Below the pieces are notes generated by a model that was given only the letters and a program-made list of their open reading frames with translations, made no database searches and was not told the DNA's origin. From assembly GCA_030390025.1 (NCBI GenBank), contig CM059433.1, positions 13,456,001 to 13,520,000 on the forward strand: a DNA stretch of 64,000 nt. Direction: 5' to 3'. Within the stretch, counting starts at the first letter, position 1; the number at the start of each line of letters is the position of its first letter. The position numbers and the translations under genes are program-made. Source of the stretch: Squalus acanthias (Eukaryota). Positions 48,651 through 60,859 of this stretch are shown one piece after another.

Positions 48651-49354
48651 TTATTTTGGGGGAGGATGTTAACTGCTGCTTTCAAATAGATTCCTGCCCA
48701 CCCGTGACAGAAACACACCCCGGCTAACTTCAGGCTAACTTCGCCTGAAGAGCAGGTTCAAATTGAAGATAGCTGGATCCAGGAACATCACAGGTGAGTC
48801 GTCTGCTTGATTTTAACTGCCTACCCACCCAGTTTCCGCTGGGTGGTTATGGTTAAAAAAAAAATCGATCCATATGAATTTTAGCTTAGTTGATGCAGAG
48901 GTGCATTTCCATTTCATAAAAAGTTGCCGTACATCTGCACTAGGCCCACTGGCTATTTTTTTTGGTTATTCTGGTCATAAACCACGCGTCGTTAGTGCAG
49001 CAGCATAAAGTTGCTCACTTTGATTTTTCACATAGTTCTGAAAGCGCGGGTTCAAATCCAGTTCCATGACTTGAGCACATATTTCAAGACAACACTTCAG
49101 TGCACTACTGAGGACCCAGGTAGCTGAGGGCAACTGCTACCAATGGTAGCGCAGTGGGAAGGGGGAGCGGGGTGGGAGATGCACAAAAGGTTGGAATCAG
49201 AGGAACAGTGTCTGGCAAGTGTACACCTGTACTATTGTACCACAGATTTAACTCAATATATAAATGCATACCATTGCAAACTATTGTATGACAGGATCAA
49301 TTTGTCCATCTATAACTGCAACATACTGATGCCAGTTGAAGAGTTGAGCTCCAT

Positions 49355-49690
49355 CAGTGGCTCAGTGAGTACTGAGCCGTAAAGGTCAGAAAGTACCTTG
49401 GTTCTATGCTAAACTAGCTGCTTGCAACCAGATGGTGATAGGGACACTACAATTGGACACAATGCCCCTGGGTTAGGGAGAAAGAAAAATGACCATGGTT
49501 CTTATTCTTGATCACCTTCTCCTGAAAATACTCATGTGGATGTCAGTGAGGACAGAACTGAGCTTGGTTGTGGGGCCCCACCATCAAATAGCTTACCTAC
49601 ACTCACTGCGTAGGTTTACATATCAATAGGATCACGAGGGTGATGTGGTACCACGGACCGTATCCCATCAAGAACCTTCAGGAGAGGAAA
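49355..49690 (+). mobile_element. Degraded tRNA-derived SINE (unnamed family)
   Basis: TGGCTCAGTGAG head, GGGACACTACAATTGG, CCTTCAGGAGAGG end. Confidence 0.6.
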
Positions 49691-50058
49691 GAAAGAAAGA
49701 AAGATTTGCATTTATATAGCGCCTTTCACGACCACCGGATGTCTCAAAGCGCTTTACAGCCAATGAAGTACTTTTGAAGTGTAGTCACTGTTGTAATGTG
49801 GGAAACGCGGCAGCCAATTTGCACACAGCAAGCTCCCACAAACAGCAATGAGATAATGACCAGATAATCTGTTTTCGTTATGTTGGTTGAGGGATAAATA
49901 TTGGCCAGGACACCGGGGATAACTCCCCTGCTCTTCTTCAAAATAGTGCCATGGGATCTTTTATGTCCACCTGAGAGAGCAGACAGGGGCCTTGGTTTAA
50001 CGTCTCATCCGAAAGACGGCAACTCCGACAGAGCAGCACTCCCTCAGCACTGCACTGG
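49688..50058 (-). mobile_element. Deu-domain SINE, 5'-truncated
   Basis: Reverse complement of 63520-64000 / 40248-40510; (CTTT)n tail. Confidence 0.93.
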
Positions 50059-50244
50059 AAAGTTGAAAATGATCAAGAAAAATAAACCTCTAAAGGTACT
50101 TTTCTTTGATTGCATAACCACATTTTTGTCACTAAAGTGCTCTGACAGACTGAAAAGCTGCTGTAGTTATGTCAGTATGTAATCTAGGGAATCTGTAAAA
50201 ATTGCCTTACATTACCGAGTCTACTCTGTCATAAAATATTACAT

Positions 50245-50412
50245 CAGGATGGTGTGTGACTTGGAGGTGATGGTGACCCCTTTCATCTGCTGCCCTTGTC
50301 CTTCTAGGTTGTTTAGGAGGTGCTGCCGAAGAAGCCTTGATGACTTGCTGCAGTGCATCCTGTAGATAGTACATAATACAGCCACGGTATGCCGATGGTG
50401 GAGGGGATGTAT
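50245..50412 (-). mobile_element. Degraded LINE C-terminal fragment (CR1/L2 group)
   Basis: Minus-strand translation resembles SLHHRHTVA...YRMHCSKSSRLLRQHL. Confidence 0.55.
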
Positions 50413-52154
50413 AATGGTGGCGGGTAAACCGACTGCATGGGTTGAGAACAGGCACTACTAATGAGCAAGATGGCATATCTCTTCCACTTTAATGTTCTGA
50501 ATGTGTGCAGGACTGTTGTCAGCACTCAATGGGGCAGCCTGGTAGCAATCAACCTGATCTTCATGCATGTGCTTCCCAAATCACTGTGAAGACAAAATTA
50601 AACAAGACAAGAAATTGGAAGTGTTAGCGCTGGCCGTTAAGGCCCGTATTGGGGAAAAAAATGGCAGCTGCCTCAATTTCACCCGCTGCCGGCGGGTTCC
50701 GCGGCAGCCGTCATTTTTGGCAGGTTGGCAGCGCTGCCGTCGCCTGCGCCCGCTGAAAGTATTATAATTAGTAGGGGTGTGACGTCAGTCGGCGTCCAAC
50801 GCCGAATTGACGCCCGCTCACCCATTTTGGAGATCGCCGCTCCTCTTATCGCCCTCGCCAAAGCACGTCTGTGCGTGCAGCCACTGACAGCGCTTCATCA
50901 TACAAAGCAATTCCCTGAGGACACTTCAAGTGACAAATTGAAGACAGCCAGAAAGTAAAGATAGAATTGTCTCCACGTAGCTAATGTAGTGTTTATATTA
51001 ATCGCAAACCTAGGTCTTGATAGCTAACCCTTGGGATTTGTAGGAAAAGTGTATTTTTTTTTTCCGGTTGTTTGCTTATTTAAAACTGTCCTGGCTGAGA
51101 TTTTAATCGTGAATGTGTAACAAATGGGAAGATGCAGAATATTGCAATTGATTACTTCTGAGTGATTATAAGAGTAAGCTTGAGGTTTGGATTAGGAATC
51201 ACTTATTCAGTGTTTGATCTCTGAAATCTGAAGTGTGAATTCAAATTCTTTAAGTTATCAGATATGAGTACTCTGTCCTCACCATGGAATAGTAAAAAGC
51301 CCTCCGTTGTCAGACTCTCCAAAGCCAGTGACTAAAGTGACCTCAGCATATCAATGAAATTATGACTACAGTATAATGGTTTCAAAAACTACAAAGTGCT
51401 GCATTTGGATTGCTCCTGTGCTATATCTTTTTCTTCCTGCTTCATGAAAATTTAAACAAGCATTTAAAATAAATAGCTTTGTGTAGTCGCTGTTCCTTTT
51501 GAATGAGATGTGTGGGTAAAGTGATAGGGGAAAGTCCTTGAAAGCATTAAATGGGCCATCGTCCAATGGCCAAAAAAATGAGCAGTGTTCCCTTTTAGCT
51601 ATGGCATCCGCAGGGACTGGTTTCTCTTTAAACAACACTGAATGCTGCGTGCCTTCTTCAGCGCAATGAGAGGTACAGACTTTTGCCCTGTTTTACACCC
51701 ACACCCTCCCCCCTTCTCCTCCTATAATTGAAAGGAGGATGCCATAAAACCCAACGTGTGACCAAACCACAGACTTTCCCGGCGCAGTCGACAGACGCCC
51801 CACAAATGAATAAGCAAGTTGCCGAACCCTTTTTCGCTCTGTAGAAATTTTGCGATCCAGAGCCTGAGCTGATTTAAAACATAACACACCTCCAGAGGTA
51901 GGTTCCGGAGCTTTGCTTGTGTCACTTTGATGCGCTTTAAATGACAAGAGCTTTCTCCACAAGAGCGGAATGCAATACTGTAACATAGACGGATTGGTGA
52001 GCGGGTGGCAGGTAAGTTGCTGTAGTAAATACAGTGACTGTTCCAATCATGGGCTACAGGTTGACTCGTTTGTTCCTCGTTCTCCTTAAATGCAAATGGT
52101 AACATATCCGACCTTCGGCCTCCTGCTCAACTTAGCACCGGAAAGAGCGCATTT

Positions 52155-53446
52155 ACATAGGATTACATCGGATATACAGCACAGAAACAGGCCATTTGGC
52201 CCAACCAGTCCATGCCGGTGTTTATGCTCCATTCGAGCCTCCTCCCGTCTTTCCTCATTTAACCCTATCAGCATAACCCCCTACTCCCTTCTCCCTCATA
52301 TGCTTGTCCAGCCTCCCCTTAAATGCATCTATACTATTCATTTCAACCACTCCCTGTGGTAGCGAGTTCCACATTCTCACCACTCTCTGGGTAAAGAAGT
52401 TTCTTCTGAATTCCCTATTGGATTTCTTGATGACTATCTTATATTGATGGCCTCTAGTTATGCTCTTCCCCACAAGTGGAAACATTCGCTTTGTATCCAC
52501 TCTATCAAAACCTTTCATAATTTTAAAGACCTCTATTAGGTCACCCCTCAGCCTTCTTTTTTCCAAGAGAAAAGAGACCCAGCCTGTTCATCCTTTCCTG
52601 ATATGTATACCCTCGCATTTCTGGTATCATCCTTGTAAATCTTCTCTGCACCCTCTCCAGTGCCTCTATATCGTTTTTATAATATGGCGACCAGAACTGC
52701 ACACAGTACTCCAAGTGTGGTCTAACCAAGGTTAACATAGAAACATAGAAACATAGAAACATAGAATCTAGGAGCAGGAGTAGGCCATTCGGCCCGTCGA
52801 GCCTGCTCCACCATTCAATACGATCATGGCTGATCATCCAAATCCATTACCCTGTCCCTGCTTTAATCCCCACAGTACACATATCCCACCCTACCCCCGT
52901 AACCCCACGTATTTAATTCCCCCTAACATATCCCATCCTATCCCCCATATTTAATCCCCCCCTAACACTAAGGGTCAATTTATCATAGCCAAATCAACCT
53001 AACCCGCACATTTTTGGACTGTGGGAGGAAACCGGAGCACCCGGAGGAAACCCACGCAGACACGGGGAGAATGTGCAAACTCCACACAGACAGTCACCCG
53101 AGGTCAGATTCGAACCCGGGTCTCTGGCGCTATGAGGCACCAGTGCTAACCACTATGCCACCGTGTTGCCCGTGTTCGATACAGGTTTAGCATAACTTCC
53201 CTACTTTTCAATTCTATCCCTCTAGAAATAAACCCTAGTGCTTGGTTTGCTTTTTTTTATGGCCTTGCTAACCTATGGCGCAACTTTTAGTGATTTGTGT
53301 ATTTGTACTCCGAGATCCCTTTGTTCCTCTACCCCACCTAGACTCGCACCCTCCAAGTGATAAGTGACCTCCCTATTCTTCCTACCAAAATGTAATACCT
53401 CACATTTGTCTGTGCTGAACTTCATTTGCCAATTATTTGCCCATTC
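52155..53446 (-). mobile_element. CR1 3' fragment interrupted by V-SINE
   Basis: WQMKFSTDKCEVLHFG, LVRPHLEYCVQFW, RRLRGDLIEVFK motifs. Confidence 0.93.
52734..53173 (-). mobile_element. Full-length HE1-like V-SINE with CR1-type tail
   Basis: tRNA head (TGGCATAGTGG; GGTTCGAATC), V-domain GTGTGGAGTTTGCACATTCTCCCCGTGTCTGCGTGGGTTTCCTCCGGGTGCTCCGG, (TTCTATGT)n tail; GTT duplicated at 52731-52733 and 53174-53176. Confidence 0.93.
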
Positions 53447-54681
53447 ACCACAAATTTGCATTACACCGCAAATTCTCCGCTCCGCTGATGTAAATTAGCA
53501 GGCAGCACCAAAATATCGGTGCTGCCTGCGATCTTTCTGCGGTTGGCCAACGCTGTTACTGCCAGGTTTCCGGCCTACTCGAATCTCTAGGCCAAGGAGA
53601 TGCAAGTAGTAAAGAAGTAGCAAGAGTAAGATCTTTTGTGTAATTTTAAATTGATCCCGTTTGGCAGGAGCGGACCGGATCGGATTGGCCGTATGTTTTG
53701 TACCCCACCCGATCTTGGGCAGCTGATCTAACCCTGTCACTTTTCCGCTCAGCAGGTTAGGTTAACATTAATCCAATGTCTGATATATTGGCATCTGGTG
53801 CATGTAGTGAAGAAGGTGAGAGCTGATTGTGAGCAATGTTTTGTGAAATGCTATTTTACAGTTTAAGCATGAAGGTGAGACTGCTGGGTAACTGGGAAGC
53901 TATCTTCGTACATTTTAAAAGTATAACGATTTCTGAAATTATCAAAAGCCCTTGAGACATTACTGATAATCTTTCAAGTCACTTTTCCTGATATATTTAA
54001 TCTTCTAATACACAGTACCAGATGGTACATGAACAAGAAAGGAAGGACGTGTATAGATACTGGAAAAGATTCAAAGAAGGGACGAGAGAGCAATAGATCT
54101 AAAGGTAGTCTGTCACGAAGGGGTAAAATCATTTTTCTGAACAAAAAAATGATTATTTTATAACTTAAAGAAGCCTCAAGTTAAATGTAAATTTTATACA
54201 GTGACTAATTCACCATTGTTGTTAACACGTGGTATAGCTTGCCTTGAAATGAAGGTAATGCTTGAAGCGTTTTAAAAGAAGATCCTGACTGTAGACTAGA
54301 CCCCAATTCCATGAATGGGTGGGCAAGTGGGTGGGTAAACAGCCATGCAACTTTCCTTCCATGATAACCATTTATATGGAGGAAATCTGTTTTTAATCAA
54401 TCTAATGTTTAGATTTACAAATCATATCTTTTGAGTGTCATTCATCAATATGTTGTCCTAAACACCACTGCAATTTTCTCTTTGAGTTCCAGAAAAGTAG
54501 CATTTAGTTTTATGAGTTCTTGGATACAAATATTTTCTGTAGACCTTCATTTGTAGGCATTAATTAAGCTTAACATGGCTTTGCTAATATCTTGTGGCAA
54601 ATGCTGTAATAGTTACAGCTTTACAGCTTCACAAGACAGTAGTGTCCTTTTTTATACACACACTCACACATACATTAATGA

Positions 54682-55172
54682 TGTGGAGATGCCGGCGTTG
54701 GACTGGGGTGGACAAAAATGAGAAGTCGCACAACACCAGGTTATAGTCCAACAGATTTATTTAATTTTACAAGCTTTCGGAGCTGTCGCTCCTTCCTCAG
54801 GTAAGTTAGCAGTGAGAGAATCTCCCAGAATTCACAATTTAAACACAGACAAAATCTATTCAAATCTTTCCCTACATCAAAGACACACTAAGAGCACAGC
54901 CAAGACAATGAGATGTGTCCCAGGGGGTCCAATGTGTCAAAACACCTGCTGGCTGCATATCCTGTCAATTTGTGTTGGTTCTTGTGTTAGTCTTTTTAAA
55001 AAAAAACACCTGGGAAGACCGGCCATGATGTCAAGTCACGTTCTGTATCGTGACATGAACCCGATATCGCGATTGAGGCCATCCTCATGAGTGCGGAACT
55101 TGGCTATCAGTTTCTGCTCTATGATTTTGCGCTGTCGTGTATCCCGAAGGCCGCCTTGGAGAACGCTTACCC
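54682..55172 (-). mobile_element. 5'-truncated Penelope-like element (family B)
   Basis: GIY-YIG C-terminus (QRKIIEQKLIAKFRTHEDGLNRD), UTR and terminal repeat; 11-bp TSD TACATTAATGA at 54671-54681 and 55173-55183. Confidence 0.92.
54767..54804 (-). ncRNA. Minimal hammerhead ribozyme motif (family B)
   Basis: Minus strand TTAC-CTGAGGA-A-GGAGC-GACA-GCTCC-GAAA-GC-TT-GTAA. Confidence 0.77.
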
Positions 55173-56404
55173 TACATTAATGAGTTGGCTATAGCTGTGC
55201 CTACGGAAAGTTAGGACAAAATAAATTTCTTTCAGTGTGTGATGTATAGGTAATGGGATCTGGAGCTTATAAGGTCTAACTAGTGGGAAAGTGTGCAGTT
55301 GCAGTGTGACTGTGTGTCACAGAATGGTGCTGCCCAAATAAGGAGTGCATGACATTTCCCATTATAAATACCTGTGTCTATATAAACTTCTCGTACTGTA
55401 ATTACACCCTCCTGCCTGGGGGGAAGAGGGGGTTGGAAGGGAGCGGAAGAGGGAAGAGCAGGAAGATGTGTGGAAGAAAGAAAGAAAAAAGAAAGACTTG
55501 GATTTATATAGCACCTTTCACGGGCATAAACGGCAGAACACAGGGGTTGAGCGAGTAGTTTAAAGGGGAAGATGTTGGGGATGATGTCATTTTAATATTC
55601 ATCGCTTTGCCATCTCCCCCTTACCACCGCCTACCCTCTCTCCCCTTTACTCCCCTCTATCACCTCTTCCCTTTCATCAGCCCCTCTCCCCTCAACCCCC
55701 ATCACCTATTCACCCATCCCATTTCCCCTCTCATCTCTAACTCCCTTTGTTCACCTCTACCACCTCTCCTCCTTTCCACCCTGTCTCTCTACCCCACCCC
55801 CTCTCCTGTACTCCTTCACTCTACCCCATTGAAGTCAATGGAATGAAAATTGGGAGAGATGTACAACGGACGGGTGAATCGATGTCATCTGTTTTACACT
55901 ATCACCCAGTCAAAATTACCGCCATTTTCTTTGAAAGCTATAGAGCAGTTTCACAGAGTTTCCTCTTCTTGTCAGGTTAAACTGTATTTGTCTATCTCCC
56001 TTGGGAGATTGAGTTGGGTAGAGTCTGTCGCATTGTAGGTTGTTTATGAATTACTGGAAAACACAAAGGGCCAAATGGTTTTTGCTTCTGTCTTTTCTCA
56101 ATCCTATGTTTTGTTCCGTAGCAAAGAAATCTTTATATTGTCATTTCTATGTGTTTTGAGACTCATCTGTCACATCTCAGGTGACACATGACCACACGGG
56201 CAAATTTCTTTGTCACGCTTAAAACAAAGTATAAAAGAAATTGAAAGAAAACCGATAATTTCCCATGGAAAGAGAAACTTGTACAGCAGGAGTCATTTTT
56301 TTTTAAATGGTAGAAACCCAGTCTGACCATTTAATGATTTTATGATGCACCTAAAAATAATAATAATTGAACCAGGAAAACATAGAATTACACCTTGTGG
56401 CCTT

Positions 56405-56625
56405 AGAGGGTGGTGAACCTGTGGAATTCTCTACCACAGAAGGCTGTGGAGGCCAAGTCACTGAATATATTTAAGAAGGAGATAGATTGATTTCTAGACA
56501 CAAAAGGCATCAAGGGGTATGGGGAAAGAGCGGGAATATGGTATTGAGATAGAGGATCAGCTATGATCTTATTGAATGGCGGAGCAGGCTCGAAGGGCCG
56601 AATGGCCGACTCCTGCTCCTATTTG
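56405..56625 (+). mobile_element. CR1 3' end
   Basis: RVVNLWNSLPQKAVEA motif and CR1 3' UTR. Confidence 0.92.
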
Positions 56626-56755
56626 TCTAAGTTTCCATTAAGAGTGCACATAAAGTTACACCCTGCTACACTTCGCAGCAGAATAATACATTTTGCATTA
56701 CATGATATGATGATCCTCCTTTTATAAAACAATGCATCCTTTGAGATCCTATGAG

Positions 56756-56949
56756 CAGCGCCATGATCTTTGACCTTCAATGAACAGCACCATGATCTTT
56801 GACCTTCAATGAACAGCACCATGATCTTTGACCTTCAATGAACAGCGCCATGATCTTTGACCTTCAATGAACAGCGCCATGATCTTTGACCTTCAATGAA
56901 CAGCACCATGATCTTTGACCTACTATGAGCAGGGCCATGATTTTTGACC
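56756..56949. repeat. 29-bp minisatellite, ~6.7 copies
   Basis: Unit CAGCRCCATGATCTTTGACCTTCAATGAA starting at 56756, 56785, 56814, 56843, 56872, 56901, 56930. Confidence 0.97.
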
Positions 56950-57354
56950 AATCATGGCACCTGCTCGTAATATAGATAAAATTCCAATATATTTAAAACT
57001 TTGCACAAAAAGGTAAGAAGTTTGTGCTAGATAGTTGCCATCGAGTAACTCCACTTCCCGAAGTAATGCTGATTGTAGCATTGCTTTTAATAATCACCAC
57101 TCGACATCTCACAAGGAATTATTACCTGGGACTCATGGCTTCTTTCATTTATACAAATTCCAAAAGTGGAATATGATGGATAGAAGTCAGTATAAATGCC
57201 CCTCAGCGTTAAAGATATAATTTAGAAGTATGAAGGTGGTTAGCGGTCCATTGTCTTTTCAATCCCTTTATTATTACCCCTCCTTGTGCCAACAAAGGAT
57301 TTTACTTTTTAAATTGGTGGGTGTTTGAATTGAGACAAAGGAATTCTTCTAGTC

Positions 57355-57556
57355 CAATAGCAAAATACTGCGGATGCTGGAAATCTGAAATAACAACAGA
57401 AAATGCTGGAAACACTCAGCAGGCCAGGCAGCGTCCGTGGAGAGAGAAACAGAGTTAACGTTTCAGGTCGGAGACCCTTCGTCAGAAACGTTAACTCTGT
57501 TTCTCTCTCCACGGATGCTGCCTGGCCTGCTGAGTGTTTCCAGCATTTTCTGTTGT
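57355..57556. mobile_element. Fold-back mini Penelope-like element (family A)
   Basis: 71-bp arms 57394-57464 / 57485-57555 with one mismatch; 14-bp TSD GAATTCTTCTAGTC at 57341-57354 and 57557-57570; CTGACGA...GAAACGTT core on minus. Confidence 0.92.
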
Positions 57557-57776
57557 GAATTCTTCTAGTCAAAGGTTTTGGCACTCTTCTACATCACTAG
57601 GTAAACTTGACATCTCCATTTTCTTTTACAGTACAATGATTAATTCCTCATTAAATAGACATGTGTTTAAGAAGCTGATTAAAACTTGTTAGAGAGATTA
57701 CTTGCCAATTAATGACAATGAGGAGGTTTGCCAAAGCTGTTCTGTGAGTTGCCATAAATGCTTACACTGCTCAGAG

Positions 57777-58016
57777 GGGGTCGTTCGGCCCACCTGCCTG
57801 CCTCTCTTCCGTGGCCACGTTCGCGCCCGGGTGGCCCTGGAGATGGAGCACGCGGTGTCCGCCGGCACGCTCGAGGCCTTCCGCGGCCGGTGGGCACCGG
57901 AGGGACTGGAGTGCATCATCACCCCTGGGAATACAATTTTAATTTAAGTTGTTAAGTTTTATTTAATGTTTTTGTTAAGTTACAGTTTATTTATTTTACA
58001 GTGTGCATCAAAAGAG
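57777..58016 (+). mobile_element. 5'-truncated Tx1/L1-clade LINE 3' end
   Basis: CLPLFRGHVRARVALEMEHAVSAGTLEAFRGRW C-terminus, T-rich UTR; 14-bp TSD TACACTGCTCAGAG at 57763-57776 and 58017-58030. Confidence 0.85.
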
Positions 58017-58499
58017 TACACTGCTCAGAGAAACTGGAAAACAGGTACCCTACAGTTTAAGCTGGAGTAGCAGCTGACCTGCCTGGAGAGCAGGTTCAAG
58101 TAGAGTTCATCTCCTGAGGTAGTGATGGAGTTAGTACATGTAAGAGGGGAGAACTAGTAGTGGTTCTCTCCCTGACAATAGAGAATCCCAAATACGTGGA
58201 CATTGTTGATGCACACCCTCTCACCCATCTGCCTTCCTGATGGTTCAGTTACTTGTACATATATGGGAAGCAAATAATTGCATTAGGACATTTCACATCA
58301 GAATGACTCAAAGGCAGCCACGGCATCGTGGAGGCTAATTGGGATCAAATTACTTATTAACTAAGGTTGATAATGTCCTGCAATTAAGTCTCGCAAGGCT
58401 CTAATTGCTACCCTGTGAAGTTTTATTAGACCTTCATGGTGAGCTGACCCTTCTGCTCACAAGGATCATTAGGCACTCCTTTGACAGGAACTTTGCAGA

Positions 58500-60118
58500 A
58501 TTTTGGTAGGAAGAATGAGGAGAGGCAATATAAACTAAATGATACAATCTTAAAGGGGGTGCAGGAACAGAGAGACCTTGTGGGTGTATGTACACAAATC
58601 TTTGAAGGTGGCAGGACAAGTTGAGAAGGCTGTTAAAAAAGTATACAGGATCCTTGGCTTTATTAATAGAAGCATAGGGTTGGATTTTCTCAGTGGAGAT
58701 GAGTTGGAGGCAGGACTGCTGCTTGTCGTGTCAATGTCCCGCTTCCATCATCGTCTGACCAACCAGAGGGATTTTCCCCTGATTGACCTTGTTAAGCCCG
58801 CCCTGCGGGCTCAGCAGGCCAATTAGGGGGAAGTCACTGACAGAGCACGTCAACGTCTGACGTGCTATCTGTCAAGACTTCTTGAAAGAAGAAATGTCAG
58901 TGTTTGACAGCTCTGTGAAGCTGTCAAACACTGACATTCTCTGTAGTTTGATGAGCCCTTGTGTTCAGGACTCATCAAACCTTTCAACTTTGTCGATTTC
59001 AGATGGCTGTTGGGTCGGAGGATCCAATAGCCATTCTGTGAAATCGACAAGGAAGATGTCGGGTCTCCTGATCCAGGGTGGATGAAGGCTGTAGGAAGAA
59101 AACAAGGTAAGTGAACATTTTTTTAACACTTATCACTCACCTTACATACTTACCACTCCACACTTGCACCCATCACTCACCTCTACACCTTACTTTCAGG
59201 TGCCTCCGACCGTCGCAGACCTCCTTCACGTCTCCTCCAACCTGGCGGGGTTCTCCGAGGTCAGGAAGCTTTCACCTGAGAAGGCAAAATGGCACTAATC
59301 CTTTTTCCTGTCTGTTAACTACTTGTTAACAGGCAGTTAAAAGGATTTAATCCCTTTCCCGCCTCCAGGAGACGGGACCCGAAGCAGCACATCTTCCCGC
59401 CTCCTGGCAAAAGGGCACAGAGTTTTGCCATCCGCCGACACTTTCTGCTACTTTACCGGCAGTCCCGCCTCCATGCCCGCCTCCTCGGGGCTGAGAAAAT
59501 CCAGCCCATAAAGTACAAAAGCGAGGAAGATATGCCAAACATTTATAAAAAACTGGTTAGGCCTTGGGTGGAGTATTGTGTCCGATTCTGGGCACTAGAC
59601 TTTAGGAAGGATGTCAAGGCCTTAGAGAGGGTGGAGAAGAGATTTACTAGAATGGTACCAGGGATGAGGAACTTCAGTTATGTGGAGAGACCGATAAGCT
59701 GGGTTATACTCCTTCGAGAAGAGAAGGTTAAGAGGAGATTTGATAGAGATTTTCAAAATCATGAAGGGTTTTGATAGAATAAATAAGGAGAAACTTGTTT
59801 CCAGTAACAGAACGGTAGGTAACCAGAGGACACAAATTTAAGATGTTAGGCAAAAGAACTTGAGGTGACTTGAGGAATTTGTTTCTTTTACGCAGTGACT
59901 TGTTATGATCTGGAATGCACTGCCTGAAAGGGTGGTGGAAACAGATTCAATAGTAATTTTCCAAAGGGACTTGGATAAATACTTGAAGGTAAAACATTTA
60001 CAGGGCTATGGGGAAAGAACAAGGGAGTGGGACTAATTGGATAGCTCTTTCAAAAAAATGGCACAGGCACGATGGGCTGAATGGCCTCCTTCTGTGCTGT
60101 ATGATTCTATGATTCTAT
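58500..60118 (+). mobile_element. Degraded CR1 3' fragment interrupted by a MITE
   Basis: VHKSLKVAGQVEKAVKK, EYCVRFW motifs; (ATTCTATG)n tail. Confidence 0.92.
58677..59507. mobile_element. Harbinger-type MITE (831 bp)
   Basis: 17-bp TIRs GGGTTGGATTTTCTCAG / CTGAGAAAATCCAGCCC; TSD ATA. Confidence 0.93.
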
Positions 60119-60859
60119 GAATTCTGTGAACCCAATCCTTCCTAAGAATGGAATGGACTCACTTGAATGTAACTCTTATCTCATTTGCAACATCTTAGAT
60201 AGCTGCCAATTCCAGGGATTCTGTGCTCCTTGGACTGCCCAGTCTCTTAATATTTCAGCTTATCATTGTAGAATTAAACAGTGCATTAACATTATTACAA
60301 AGTACTACTTAGAAGATATTTGGGAGTATCTTTAGTAATGTAATAATTTGGCTTAAGTCTGTTGCGATAATTAAAGCTCATCCACCTGCAACTTGTTGAG
60401 CTAGTCGTCAAGTTGGTTTCAAATATCAGAATATGTGGAGTTACTTACGGTAACTGATTCTGGCCCTAATAATTGGTGAGCTTGGTGGCTGTGATTTTGC
60501 AATGTCAGCAAAATGGCGCATAGTGCGGGTGCGTCTGCTGCACTGAATTTTGTGAGGCTGGTCCTGCGTCCCCCCCCTCCCCGCCCACCCCCTCAGTTGA
60601 ATAGACTAGTGGTAAATGAAAATTATGCCTGGGTATCTGGCCTGCAGCACAATTGGTTGGGGTTGGAGAATCCAGTGAGGCAGAAGTTTTTAAAGGGCTG
60701 CTGTTTGCCATTGAAGAGGAAGTTGTGCCGAGAGAAAACCCTGGGTGATTGTTTGGAATGGCATGGAGCAGCAGTGTGGGTAAAACTGGCCCTTTTGATG
60801 CCAAAGTTTTGGAAGCTACAGAGGTCAGCTATGGCCTCTTAATTGTCATTCCCATAGTG

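Noticed and set aside
49355..49690. LF-SINE assignment
   Set aside because: Body does not match the LF-SINE consensus as I recall it; left as an unnamed SINE.
55600..55825. Pro/Ser/Leu-rich ORF
   Set aside because: CT-rich low-complexity sequence.
56756..56949. CRISPR-like array (29-bp periodicity)
   Set aside because: Units are head-to-tail with no unique spacers, no cas genes, vertebrate context.
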